Of a stretch of DNA of 64,000 bases, positions 52,689 to 61,529 are shown in pieces (position 1 is the stretch's first letter; the number at the start of each line of letters is the position of its first letter). Under the pieces are notes generated by a model. The model did no database searches. It had not been told where the DNA came from and was given only the letters and a program-made list of their open reading frames with translations. Position numbers and translations under genes: made by a program. The stretch is from the sequence record NC_048173.1, one strand, 5' to 3'.

Positions 52689-52710
52689 GGGTAGGGGGCA
52701 ACCCCTACCC
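52689..52710. other. GNRA-loop hairpin without U-tract
   Basis: GGGTAGGGG-GCAA-CCCCTACCC between co-oriented genes. Possible mRNA stability or processing element. Confidence 0.55.
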
Positions 52711-52725
52711 TAAAGGACTTTAAAC

Positions 52726-53037
52726 ATGCGTTATCAAGACGTGATAGTAGAGCGGTTGCGTCAAGGTCTTGCAGGCGTTGACCACAGCCTCGCTCAGGAA
52801 TTTGTTGATTGTTGTAGTCCACCGGCAACTACCCTGTATGAATTCTCTGACCGTGTGAACCAGCATTTCGCTGGGTTGTTAAAAGCACACGGCGTGAAGC
52901 CACAGGCAAAGGACTTCGAAGTGCCGGAGGACAATGACGCCATTCCGTACTGGGTGGAAGATTTGGAAAACCGTGTACACCCGGTATTAAAAGCTGCGCA
53001 GGGGAAGAAAGATGGCACTGAATCAACAGCTGCGTAG
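52726..53037 (+). CDS. Hypothetical protein (103 aa)
   Basis: AAGGA RBS. Confidence 0.7.
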   Translation: MRYQDVIVERLRQGLAGVDHSLAQEFVDCCSPPATTLYEFSDRVNQHFAGLLKAHGVKPQAKDFEVPEDNDAIPYWVEDLENRVHPVLKAAQGKKDGTESTAA

Positions 53038-53683
53038 AAAAGCCGAGGCGTATATCTATTCGGTGCTGGATGCGGTTGACCCGTCCGGTATCAATACGAA
53101 AATCGCCAAGGAATGTATTCCGGCTATGTCTGACGACAAGTTCGTTGAGATGGCAGGCTTAGGCATTCCGATTTATCAACCTGTCGGTGGTAAGACACAA
53201 ATCTCGTATCAGAACAACATCAAAGTGGCTGAGAAGATGGGGATACCCCTGTCTGAGAAATTGTGGCTGACTGAACCGAAAACCGGTATCACCACACTGA
53301 CCCGTCACCCTCATCTGGTATTGCTGCTGCCGATTCGTCGCCAGACGCAGATGCTGGAAAAGAAAATGTCGGTATCCAAGCACGATAAGATTCGTGATAA
53401 ACTCACCGGGCAGGTAACCGGGCCGTCAAAAGCCTCAGGGATTTCATTCCCGGAAGCCTACATTATCTATTCCGATAAACTCGATGAGTCGCTGCAGGAG
53501 TTTCTGCATGCGCGTGGCGGTAACGAAGCTGTTAACCGTTCTTTCTATCAGGCGTTACGCATGACCGGCCGTGGGCGTATCCATATTCCGGGGGCTGAGC
53601 GCACTTCTGCAAAATCCACCCGTACATGGGCTGCGTATTACACCGCCATGCACATTGGTAGTAACATAGGGAAACCGCAATGA
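53012..53683 (+). CDS. Split phage RNA polymerase, beta-subunit C-terminal part (phiKZ gp149-like, virion RNAP)
   Basis: QMLEKKMS..RDKLTGQVTG..ISFPEAYI..LQEFLHARGG aligns by eye with the bacterial beta C-terminus HMVDDKIHAR..LVTQQP..GEMEVWAL..LQEMLTVKSDD. Confidence 0.7.
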   Translation: MALNQQLRRKAEAYIYSVLDAVDPSGINTKIAKECIPAMSDDKFVEMAGLGIPIYQPVGGKTQISYQNNIKVAEKMGIPLSEKLWLTEPKTGITTLTRHPHLVLLLPIRRQTQMLEKKMSVSKHDKIRDKLTGQVTGPSKASGISFPEAYIIYSDKLDESLQEFLHARGGNEAVNRSFYQALRMTGRGRIHIPGAERTSAKSTRTWAAYYTAMHIGSNIGKPQ

Positions 53684-54402
53684 TATTCACGCGTCGGAGT
53701 TTGGTAGACATTAGTTGTTTGGTAGACGACCGTTTGGGACTGGTCGCCGTCCGTTATCCAGAGTTGCTGGAGAAGCTTGATGTGGATGCGTACCGTTTAC
53801 GCATTACAGAAGTGTGGGCCAAAATCATCGGTATCGATAATTTCGTGGAAGAGTATGCCACCCGAGATATCGAGGTACTGAAAGCATCCCTGCCGACGCA
53901 ATTTATCAAAGCGTTCCGCGAGCGTCTCGAAGAAGACCTGCTAGCCATTAAGTTGTCCGCCCCTATCGAGCGCCCAACCGTTACCATCAATCTGTATCCG
54001 TACAGTCATTTGAACGTGACTGAACGTAACGAATTCAAGCAAGTTTTCACGGAGCTGTTCCCGATGGTGCAGGTTAACGTGGTGTGTATTTCACTCGAAG
54101 ACCTGACGCCGGAATACTTGCGTTCCACGTGGGATGGGTGGTTCACCTATGACTTCTATCCGTGGATGAAAGCCAATGCGAAACGACTAGGTAATCGCAT
54201 TCCCCGCTTTGTGATTCATCGTCCCGGTATCCTCACTGATGAGTTGACGCCGGAAACGATTGAAGCCATTAAACGTGATAAGGCCGACCCGTTTACCGAG
54301 TCAAAAAAATTCCTTGCCGAGTACGTAGCTGTTGAAACGCTCAAAGCTGAGCTTTTCTGCCACGTACCCGGGTTGGACATTATGCCGAAACGTTCGATTT
54401 GA
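53680..54402 (+). CDS. Hypothetical protein (240 aa)
   Basis: ATGA overlap with the RNAP subunit gene. Confidence 0.75.
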   Translation: MIFTRRSLVDISCLVDDRLGLVAVRYPELLEKLDVDAYRLRITEVWAKIIGIDNFVEEYATRDIEVLKASLPTQFIKAFRERLEEDLLAIKLSAPIERPTVTINLYPYSHLNVTERNEFKQVFTELFPMVQVNVVCISLEDLTPEYLRSTWDGWFTYDFYPWMKANAKRLGNRIPRFVIHRPGILTDELTPETIEAIKRDKADPFTESKKFLAEYVAVETLKAELFCHVPGLDIMPKRSI

Positions 54403-54847
54403 TTTTGCTGAACTCGTTTTCCATGATTTGCTCTACGTCGATAGATTCACCGACCGCGGACAATTCGCCGTCAATGTGATTCGCCGCAGGGATATCTGGA
54501 ATCTCAGGGTGGTAATCGCCGGGGACATCAGCGGGCTCGTCATGGCGTTGGATTTTCGCGCCGAGACGTTCACCGAGAATTTGGTTAATGGCGTTGGCCA
54601 AATCGCCCACTTTGTCTGCCGACTTCTCTTGTGCCGCAATTCGCCGACGGTTCGTGATTTGCCCATCAATACCTGACAGCATTTTATTGAGACTGTTAAT
54701 CTCGTCTTTGTCTAATGAACTGGCAGGCTTGGACATAATGGCATCGGCAACGACGACACGTATACCCTGAGTATGGCGCTCAAGCGCAACATCGTCAGCA
54801 ACGTCACCTTCGAAGCTTTGATGCTTCAGCTTTATTTCCTCGCTCAT
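54380..54847 (-). CDS. Hypothetical acidic protein (155 aa)
   Basis: GAGG RBS before ATG 54847. Confidence 0.7.
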   Translation of the reverse strand: MSEEIKLKHQSFEGDVADDVALERHTQGIRVVVADAIMSKPASSLDKDEINSLNKMLSGIDGQITNRRRIAAQEKSADKVGDLANAINQILGERLGAKIQRHDEPADVPGDYHPEIPDIPAANHIDGELSAVGESIDVEQIMENEFSKIKSNVSA

Positions 54848-54872
54848 ACAGCACCTCTCTAAAAGGAAACGG

Positions 54873-54884
54873 ATATATGTTATC
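54873..54884 (+). promoter_or_regulatory. Putative phage promoter
   Basis: ATATATGTTATC, identical to 47696-47707, in a divergent intergenic gap. Confidence 0.5.
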
Positions 54885-54891
54885 AATGTGC

Positions 54892-55398
54892 ATGGGGTGG
54901 TTTAGAAAGCGTCTCTATAAACGTCGTAGAGAGCAGCTGCTAGCCACGTTTCATAATAACAGTAACAATCTATACCTGCACGTGATTACTGGCTTAGAAC
55001 TGCTTACAGAGCCGTTAGAATACAATTCTGAAAACTATGCCCCGTTGCCATTATTTGGCCGGATTGACAGCAGCGTTGCGGACTTCAATATTCTGCAGCA
55101 ACGGCTGGAATGGCACCTTGAAAACTTTGAACGTGTGATACGAGGAGGAGATTATCACCCTATCCCTGATGCGTTATCGCGTCAGAAAGATTTACCCCTG
55201 CCACGTTGGAAAGACCAGTTCTTTCAGACAACCTCTTCTGATATAGTCCGTCAGCAGCTGGCAGTTATTAGACAACTTCTGGTTACGTACGAAGCTGTGT
55301 ACTTCAATCGGCATAGTCGATCAGAAGAAGACGTGCTGTGGCGACAAACCCAACCCGTCTTACGAGAGTTAGAGATTATAGTGGAACACTTTCTCTAA
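54892..55398 (+). CDS. Hypothetical protein
   Basis: ATG 54892 (MGWFRKRLYK). Start uncertain. Confidence 0.65.
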   Translation: MGWFRKRLYKRRREQLLATFHNNSNNLYLHVITGLELLTEPLEYNSENYAPLPLFGRIDSSVADFNILQQRLEWHLENFERVIRGGDYHPIPDALSRQKDLPLPRWKDQFFQTTSSDIVRQQLAVIRQLLVTYEAVYFNRHSRSEEDVLWRQTQPVLRELEIIVEHFL

Positions 55399-55430
55399 CA
55401 ACACCGCCAACCTTGGAGCAAGGATGGAAA

Positions 55431-56252
55431 ATGGACGACTTACAAAACTCGATAGAAGCCGGGCCACCGCAAGACCCGCCTACAGGCCGATATCTACAGA
55501 AGTGTTTCTGGGATCTTAACGATACGTTAGTCATCACCCCAGCTATCTGGAAACGTCTCGTAAAGGAGTATGTGGAAGACGAGCGATTCGTCGGCAAGTC
55601 AACAGCGACTCCCGAAGAACGCATGTCTCGTCTCACCACCGCATTGAGTCGTGGTAGCATTAAGCACCTGCAACCTGATTTAACATGGAAGCGGTTTATT
55701 GAAGGCTTAGTGTTTCTCAAGATTCAGTCATTACGTGTCACGGCAACCGCGAAACGCGGAAACTGGGGCGAGTCAAAGACCGTCTCTGCAATCACCCGTC
55801 CGGAAACGGATCACCTGAGAGCAGTGAACAAAGAAGATGAAGAAGTCTCGACCGAATCGGTGGGACGGACGCTGAATCGGTTCTTTGACAACCCGGATAA
55901 AACCGCGACTCGGGTCATGGAACACATCTTACTGAAATTGTTCTGGCAGTTCATTGCTGCGTACAAGATTGATAGCCGTCGGTGGAAGGAGTTGTTAATC
56001 GCTTATGTGAACAACCCGAAAAACTGTCCGCAAATTAAATCGCGCCGTAACGATGCACGTCATAACCTTCAACAATCCATTCGTCGAACCAAGAAGTTAA
56101 CATGGCGCTTCTTCCTGAAAGCTCTGCAGGCTATTGATGTCCGCGAGTTGAAGATGGCGTTTCTCTTTACCACCGAAAGCGGGAAAGAGATTGAGTGTTA
56201 CTTCAAAATCGATTTGACGAAGCATACGTTTAAGAGTGGTAAAGATGAGTAA
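55431..56252 (+). CDS. Hypothetical protein with internal domain duplication
   Basis: AAGGA RBS. Two copies of L.K.FW..I....WK.L...YV..L.....LTW..F...L. Confidence 0.7.
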   Translation: MDDLQNSIEAGPPQDPPTGRYLQKCFWDLNDTLVITPAIWKRLVKEYVEDERFVGKSTATPEERMSRLTTALSRGSIKHLQPDLTWKRFIEGLVFLKIQSLRVTATAKRGNWGESKTVSAITRPETDHLRAVNKEDEEVSTESVGRTLNRFFDNPDKTATRVMEHILLKLFWQFIAAYKIDSRRWKELLIAYVNNPKNCPQIKSRRNDARHNLQQSIRRTKKLTWRFFLKALQAIDVRELKMAFLFTTESGKEIECYFKIDLTKHTFKSGKDE

Positions 56253-57447
56253 TACTGTTCAGCCTGACCCGCGGCTAGTACAGGCCATGACCGAACTGCA
56301 AGACTATCAGGACAAGCTCGGCGAACGTATTAAAGCCGCGTCTGTTCGTGGTGCCGGCAGCGGTACTGGCCCAACTACCCGACCCACCATCTTTGAAACT
56401 GACCCGAAAGGTTTACTGCCCGACTTAGACCCGCTGCTGCGCAAGGTAGCAACGCCGTTTGAGGGGATGGATAAACTCGGGGACAGCGTACTGAAGTATT
56501 TTGACCCCACTGGAAAGTTGGGGAGCTTTGCGAAGAAGGCGGTTAACGCTTTACCGAGCGAGTTAAAAGAGGCCGGTACCAAACTGGCCCGTGGCGACGT
56601 CGTCGACGCTGCAAAAGGTATTACGGGGCTTAACAACTTCCGCGATTTGAAAAGTCTGGTCACCACAAAAGACGGTTCCTTCGGTTTAGACTTCTCTTCA
56701 GTGAAAGGTCGCATCGAGAAATCGTTTGGACTGGGTGGTAATGGTTTAGGTGGACTCTCTCCGGACGTGCAGAACCTCATTGGCAAAGCCGCGAATGAAG
56801 TGATGGGCGAAGGGAGTATGGGGATGGTGTGGAATGAAGTCTTCACGGCGGTACAGGGAGCGGACTTTGCTTCTGTCTCCAGCGTGACGGACGTCATTAA
56901 CCGCATCGCGAAACAGTCTGACCTCTGGGATGTGTTTGACCTTAGCGGTGCTGCAGCATTGATTTACGGCTTGTCCGATAAGCTTATCGAGTGGGATGCC
57001 CCCGATATGCTGGACGATGTGCTCGATAAAATCAAAGATGTGAATGCGCAGAAAGCAATGCTCGATGAGCTGGCTATCCGTGCGTCGGCATCCGGTTCAT
57101 TGTCCTCGACGGAACATTACGTCAGTCGACTGGATGCGAACCGTAAAGCGGCCATTGCCGATTTGGTCATCACAAACATGATGCGCAGCGTCAGTTTCTG
57201 GGCCTCGGATTCTCGTGACACCTCGTATGCTGAATACGGGAGTCGTCTGAAGAAACTGTTTGATAGCCTCGATCCGAACTGGGATAAAGACCCCTACGAC
57301 AACACCGGGCACAGCTGCTATTACTTCACCCTGATGAACGATACGGCGTATCAGGCGTTCTTAACGACTGACAAACGTCCGTTCTGCGCCGTCTTCGGCA
57401 TCGTTCGTAGAGAAGATGTGGACACCATCATCTCTAACAACTTTTAG
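56245..57447 (+). CDS. Hypothetical protein (400 aa)
   Basis: Overlaps the upstream stop. Gly-rich N-terminal half and helical C-terminal half. Confidence 0.7.
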   Translation: MSNTVQPDPRLVQAMTELQDYQDKLGERIKAASVRGAGSGTGPTTRPTIFETDPKGLLPDLDPLLRKVATPFEGMDKLGDSVLKYFDPTGKLGSFAKKAVNALPSELKEAGTKLARGDVVDAAKGITGLNNFRDLKSLVTTKDGSFGLDFSSVKGRIEKSFGLGGNGLGGLSPDVQNLIGKAANEVMGEGSMGMVWNEVFTAVQGADFASVSSVTDVINRIAKQSDLWDVFDLSGAAALIYGLSDKLIEWDAPDMLDDVLDKIKDVNAQKAMLDELAIRASASGSLSSTEHYVSRLDANRKAAIADLVITNMMRSVSFWASDSRDTSYAEYGSRLKKLFDSLDPNWDKDPYDNTGHSCYYFTLMNDTAYQAFLTTDKRPFCAVFGIVRREDVDTIISNNF

Positions 57448-57458
57448 TGGGAACGAGT

Positions 57459-58475
57459 ATGACTACAATTGACCCGAAAGTAGTACCGTTAACACGCCTC
57501 GCAGGACTGTTGAGAGTGTTAACGCTGGGTACGCGCTACGACCAGTCTTGCCAAGGAGCCGGTAAAGAGAAAGTCATTGCCCGTATCAGACACGATATGC
57601 TGTTAGAGCAGGTGTTCCCGTCAAAGTTCGAAGTGGGGATGTCTGAGCTAATGCTACTCGAGATTTATAAAACGGGGAAATACGACGCGACGTACGGCGT
57701 GGCAATGGCGCAACGTAACGGTTTAAATATACCGAAGGCGAATGCCAATGACTACGACGTCACCAAATGCAGTGTGCGGTCACTGAGCCACCATCCCGGT
57801 CCTGTTCGTCACGACCGCGATACGGAATTCTTCATTCACATGCGCCGCATCGGTGCCGTGCCTATTACGGGTGAGAAAGATGACGGTACTGACGGGGTCA
57901 ACCATGTCAATATCTATTCGGACGGTCGCACCACAGTAGGTCGCCTGGCAAGTAATTTCAGTGAGGGTCCGTTTGACACACCCGACGGCACGTTCTTTAC
58001 GCTCGAAGGCTACTACCACTGGCTGCGCATTCGTGACTGGACACTGGCCACCAAATACGCTTTTAACATGGCAGATATGGAAGATACGTATCCGAGCCTA
58101 CGGAAATTGCGGACCGTAACCGGTACAGAAGCAATTCGCTTAGGGCGCATACTCAAGTCCAACATCTACGGCGGTACGAAATACCGCACGGGGCCGTTCT
58201 CGAAAGAGTCGCTGGAGCGTTTTCGTTGGGCGTTGGCCGGAAAGTTACACAAGCTGCGTTACAATAATGTGACACTGGGTAATTATTTGTCGATGATGGT
58301 GTATTGTGGTTTCACGTTGACGCACTATTACGTGTACAACGGTAAAGTGAAATACCCGGACTTCCGCGAATGGCTACCTAACTTATTGTCTGGCTTGTTG
58401 GAGCATATCGATCCCAATGATTCGGACTTCGATTTAGCCGCGCTACAAGCGAAAATAACTGAGGGTTCCGTATGA
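57459..58475 (+). CDS. Protein with C-terminal NADAR-like (T4 gp30.3-like) domain
   Basis: RLASNFSEGPFDTPDGTFFTLEGYYHW and TGTEAIRLGR match the SNF..F..DG..F...EG and G.AA...GR patterns of phage NADAR proteins. Confidence 0.55.
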   Translation: MTTIDPKVVPLTRLAGLLRVLTLGTRYDQSCQGAGKEKVIARIRHDMLLEQVFPSKFEVGMSELMLLEIYKTGKYDATYGVAMAQRNGLNIPKANANDYDVTKCSVRSLSHHPGPVRHDRDTEFFIHMRRIGAVPITGEKDDGTDGVNHVNIYSDGRTTVGRLASNFSEGPFDTPDGTFFTLEGYYHWLRIRDWTLATKYAFNMADMEDTYPSLRKLRTVTGTEAIRLGRILKSNIYGGTKYRTGPFSKESLERFRWALAGKLHKLRYNNVTLGNYLSMMVYCGFTLTHYYVYNGKVKYPDFREWLPNLLSGLLEHIDPNDSDFDLAALQAKITEGSV

Positions 58476-59140
58476 GTGGTTTCAGTCTGAATGCCCTGCT
58501 TCAAGGGCTGGACAAAGACAAGGAGTGGGGCCATCAACAGGCAGCTCAAGAATCAATCTCCACGGAGAAAGAGAAAGAGTATTGCATGTGGGTGAAGCCG
58601 ACGTCTGCGGGTTGGCAGTGGCTGGGTGAGCAGCAAAGCACCCCGACACTCGACATCCTGATGCCTATTGAAGGTGCTCGTCGTCGTTGCCGTATTCGTC
58701 CGGATGGGGCACAGCTGACGTACAAGCAACGGGTGAACAACGAAACTGTGGAAGAGAACAGCGATGTCGGTTTTGCGATGGCGTTGTCGTTCTATGCTGA
58801 CGGGTTTAACTCGCACCTGTTCCGCCGAATTCGTCTGGAAGCCAGTCCTGAACTGATGGGTCAAGGTGCAAAGCATTGGGACATCGATATTTTCCATATC
58901 GTACCCCAGCATCCTAACCTGCCGGACATTCAGGCGTTGAATGAGCTGTCTGACACTTTACGTCAAAGCACCGCGTACGGCGATTTAGTCAAAGTGGAGC
59001 TGGAGGTCGAGAAGTTCTTTACTGACAGTATCCGTGACCTGATTCCGTTTGAAGTGGAGGCAGTGTACTCCTCTCGTCCGAAAGACGAAGAGACGCAAGT
59101 GATGCTTGCCGATTACTGGGACAATGTCACCAGTATTTAA
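58472..59140 (+). CDS. CYTH-like (triphosphate tunnel) protein
   Basis: EKEKEY, RCRIR..LTYK..EE, WDIDIF and VELEVE motifs. The canonical ExExK lysine is replaced by Glu. Confidence 0.55.
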   Translation: MSGFSLNALLQGLDKDKEWGHQQAAQESISTEKEKEYCMWVKPTSAGWQWLGEQQSTPTLDILMPIEGARRRCRIRPDGAQLTYKQRVNNETVEENSDVGFAMALSFYADGFNSHLFRRIRLEASPELMGQGAKHWDIDIFHIVPQHPNLPDIQALNELSDTLRQSTAYGDLVKVELEVEKFFTDSIRDLIPFEVEAVYSSRPKDEETQVMLADYWDNVTSI

Positions 59141-59146
59141 TGAGCA

Positions 59147-59179
59147 CCCAACCCTTCGGGGTTGGGGCTTTCTATTTTT
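59147..59179 (+). terminator. Intrinsic terminator
   Basis: CCCAACCC-TTCG-GGGTTGGG followed by GCTTTCTATTTTT. Confidence 0.75.
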
Positions 59180-59194
59180 AACTGTGGAGTTTTC

Positions 59195-59566
59195 ATGAAG
59201 AAGATAAGTTGTAATAACCGTGCTGTGTTGGTTGACGGTAAGCCTCGCTATGCGCCAAACGTATTAGGGCAACTGCATTTCTTTGAAGGGATTACCGAGG
59301 CGGTGATTATCGCGCCCGATAACCCGGACAATTTACTCAGTCCACCGATGACAGATGCGAGCATCCAGCACGTCAGCTTTATCCGCATCACCGAAGGGGC
59401 ACGTCTGGCCCTGCTGAACGATGTGGAAGAACTCCCAACCAACTGGCGGGAATTAACCGTACTCATTCTCCACCGCCGCAAATACGACGGGGTGGTTATT
59501 GATGAACTCTTTCGTGTCGAGTCCCGTGACCCCGTTGCGGATGACGACGAAGATGAGGAAGAGTAA
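59195..59566 (+). CDS. Hypothetical protein with acidic tail
   Basis: GGAG RBS before ATG 59195. Confidence 0.7.
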   Translation: MKKISCNNRAVLVDGKPRYAPNVLGQLHFFEGITEAVIIAPDNPDNLLSPPMTDASIQHVSFIRITEGARLALLNDVEELPTNWRELTVLILHRRKYDGVVIDELFRVESRDPVADDDEDEEE

Positions 59567-59620
59567 TTTTTTAACGTCACACCCGTTAGTTATGTAAACC
59601 TTCCTGAGGTCCCAATTTAA

Positions 59621-59767
59621 ATGCGCAAAAAGTTCTGGCGGTCGGTTCTAACCTTATTAGTTCTCCTGTCGATTATCGGCTACGGGTGTACTCTTGTACA
59701 CTCGCTAATTTGGTCGGGTGTCGTACGAGCGTCTAACGTCAATTACTTCCGAGGATATGATGAATAA
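59621..59767 (+). CDS. Small membrane protein (48 aa; below ORF-track cutoff)
   Basis: GAGG upstream. MRKKFWRSVLTLLVLLSIIGYGCTLVHSLIWSGVVRASNVNYFRGYDE. Its stop overlaps the next start. Confidence 0.5.
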   Translation: MRKKFWRSVLTLLVLLSIIGYGCTLVHSLIWSGVVRASNVNYFRGYDE

Positions 59768-60218
59768 ATTCGATTTTACTGAAGACCACCGTTTGGTATT
59801 GAACGGGATGACCTCCGAACCGGTATCGGAAGAAATCGTCGCGATGTGTGAGCGTATCCGCCAGTTTGCGAAAGATCGCGAGTTCAAAATCATTCTGACC
59901 ACCAACCCCTTGGCCCCGTTGCCAAAAGAAGTGGACGATCAGATTCTGATGCCGATGTACGAGCCGTTGCCGTTGCGTGAAGCTGACTTTATCCTGACCA
60001 TGGGTAACCTCACCAATGATATTGACGGACATTACGGGTTAACGTGTGTGAAGTCGCGCGTCCCCTCGACTGAGAAGTGGGAAGTGCGTGCAGACGGGCG
60101 CGAAGTATTAACTGGCCGTGACCTCGTGCTGTCTTACATTCCGGGCGAGAACGAAGACCCGCGCACTTTCGTTACCTATTGGGGAGCCGGAGACAATGCC
60201 GAACAAACTGAAGATTGA
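59757..60218 (+). CDS. Hypothetical protein
   Basis: GAGGA RBS before ATG 59757/59760. Confidence 0.7.
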   Translation: MMNKFDFTEDHRLVLNGMTSEPVSEEIVAMCERIRQFAKDREFKIILTTNPLAPLPKEVDDQILMPMYEPLPLREADFILTMGNLTNDIDGHYGLTCVKSRVPSTEKWEVRADGREVLTGRDLVLSYIPGENEDPRTFVTYWGAGDNAEQTED

Positions 60219-60594
60219 AAACGACCAGATCGTTATCAATGACAAACCCATTGGTAATCTCGGCCTGGCCCGTTGGGTGCTGGACGAGTTAGGTAGCAAG
60301 TTCGAACACGACTTCTACTTGACAGTTATCGGCACCCCACCGACGAACGAGCACTGGAAAAACCGTCTGCCGGTGATGCGTCAAATCAACGAAGAACAAT
60401 TCGTGACGCTGTACAAAGCCGCCACTATCCGCGGGTGGATTACTGACCCGGAAGTGGCTGCGCACCTTGCTATGGTCGCGCAAAAGGCTGTCCCGTTTGC
60501 ACAGGGATCTGTTCCTGCCGGTGCAAACGATATGTTGTTGTGGGCTAACCACGACATTGAAAACAAAACCACAACCTATTTTATCGTTTATTAA
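60196..60594 (+). CDS. Hypothetical protein
   Basis: GGAG RBS before ATG 60196. Confidence 0.7.
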   Translation: MPNKLKIENDQIVINDKPIGNLGLARWVLDELGSKFEHDFYLTVIGTPPTNEHWKNRLPVMRQINEEQFVTLYKAATIRGWITDPEVAAHLAMVAQKAVPFAQGSVPAGANDMLLWANHDIENKTTTYFIVY

Positions 60595-60603
60595 GGAAGC
60601 GTC

Positions 60604-61035
60604 ATGGAGCAGTCAATGCTAAACACCCTCGAGTACAGCGACGAAGACCTGTACGTTAATAATCTGACCATCGTGCTGGACAAACTCGACCCTGAATACC
60701 TCACTGGTCTGATAAAGCGCTTCCCTGAACCGGTGGCGATTGTGCAGTTATCGCGTTTGGCCCAACTCCCTGTTGAAGGTGTGGTTGGTCAGCTTGAAGT
60801 GAAACCGATCGCCTCTTACGAAGCGTCCGGAATTGTGAACTCGTCCAGTGCTTATTCTCTGGTTGATGACCCATCAATCAAGAAAGTCGTCTGCAAAGAG
60901 CTCATCGGTTCCCCGCATGATATGGTGATGGCCGCACCACAGCCTCCTGCAGACTTTGATTACAAGAACGCGTTGTACATTGTCTTTACGGCGACAGACG
61001 CCGGAATCGAATACGCGTTAGCGTATTTTAAATAA
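60604..61035 (+). CDS. Hypothetical protein (143 aa)
   Basis: TAAGGA RBS. Confidence 0.75.
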   Translation: MEQSMLNTLEYSDEDLYVNNLTIVLDKLDPEYLTGLIKRFPEPVAIVQLSRLAQLPVEGVVGQLEVKPIASYEASGIVNSSSAYSLVDDPSIKKVVCKELIGSPHDMVMAAPQPPADFDYKNALYIVFTATDAGIEYALAYFK

Positions 61036-61092
61036 CACAGTGGTGTCTCTTCGGGGACACCGTTTTTAATTATTTTTCGTGAGGTATTCATC

Positions 61093-61476
61093 ATGTTGAA
61101 GAAACTCCTGGTCGTCATGTGTTTATCGCTGTTCAGTTTCTCTAGCCACGCGTTGGCGCTCTCGTTTAAAGAAGTGGCAAGTTGGCCTGAGCCCATGCGT
61201 CCGCAGTTTAAGACCGTCGTGGGAATGAACGACAACAAGGTTGCAATTCAGGCCGGTAGCTTTATGCTGATTCGCGCTTATGCTGGGGATGCTTGTCCTG
61301 CGGGGCAGTATTTCTTAGCGAACCTTGAACTGCGTACCGTCACCGCGGTGGAGATTGGCACCTGTGACGAAGAAGAACTTACCTTCGGCGTGAACAAAGC
61401 CAAAGGAACCACTACCAATAAATCGATTGATGTGTTTAGCCACGGTGACCTGGCTGCCCGCATCCCGGTCTATTGA
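61093..61476 (+). CDS. Secreted/periplasmic protein (127 aa)
   Basis: MLKKLLVVMCLSLFSFSSHA signal peptide. Two Cys in GDACPAG..IGTC. GAGG RBS. Confidence 0.75.
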   Translation: MLKKLLVVMCLSLFSFSSHALALSFKEVASWPEPMRPQFKTVVGMNDNKVAIQAGSFMLIRAYAGDACPAGQYFLANLELRTVTAVEIGTCDEEELTFGVNKAKGTTTNKSIDVFSHGDLAARIPVY

Positions 61477-61477
61477 T

Positions 61478-61524
61478 AAAAAAATAAAAGGTACACCCCC
61501 CATCGGGGGTGTATTCTTTTTTTT
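61478..61524. terminator. Bidirectional intrinsic terminator
   Basis: TACACCCCC-CATC-GGGGGTGTA flanked by A- and T-tracts between convergent genes. Confidence 0.85.
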
Positions 61525-61529
61525 GTTTC

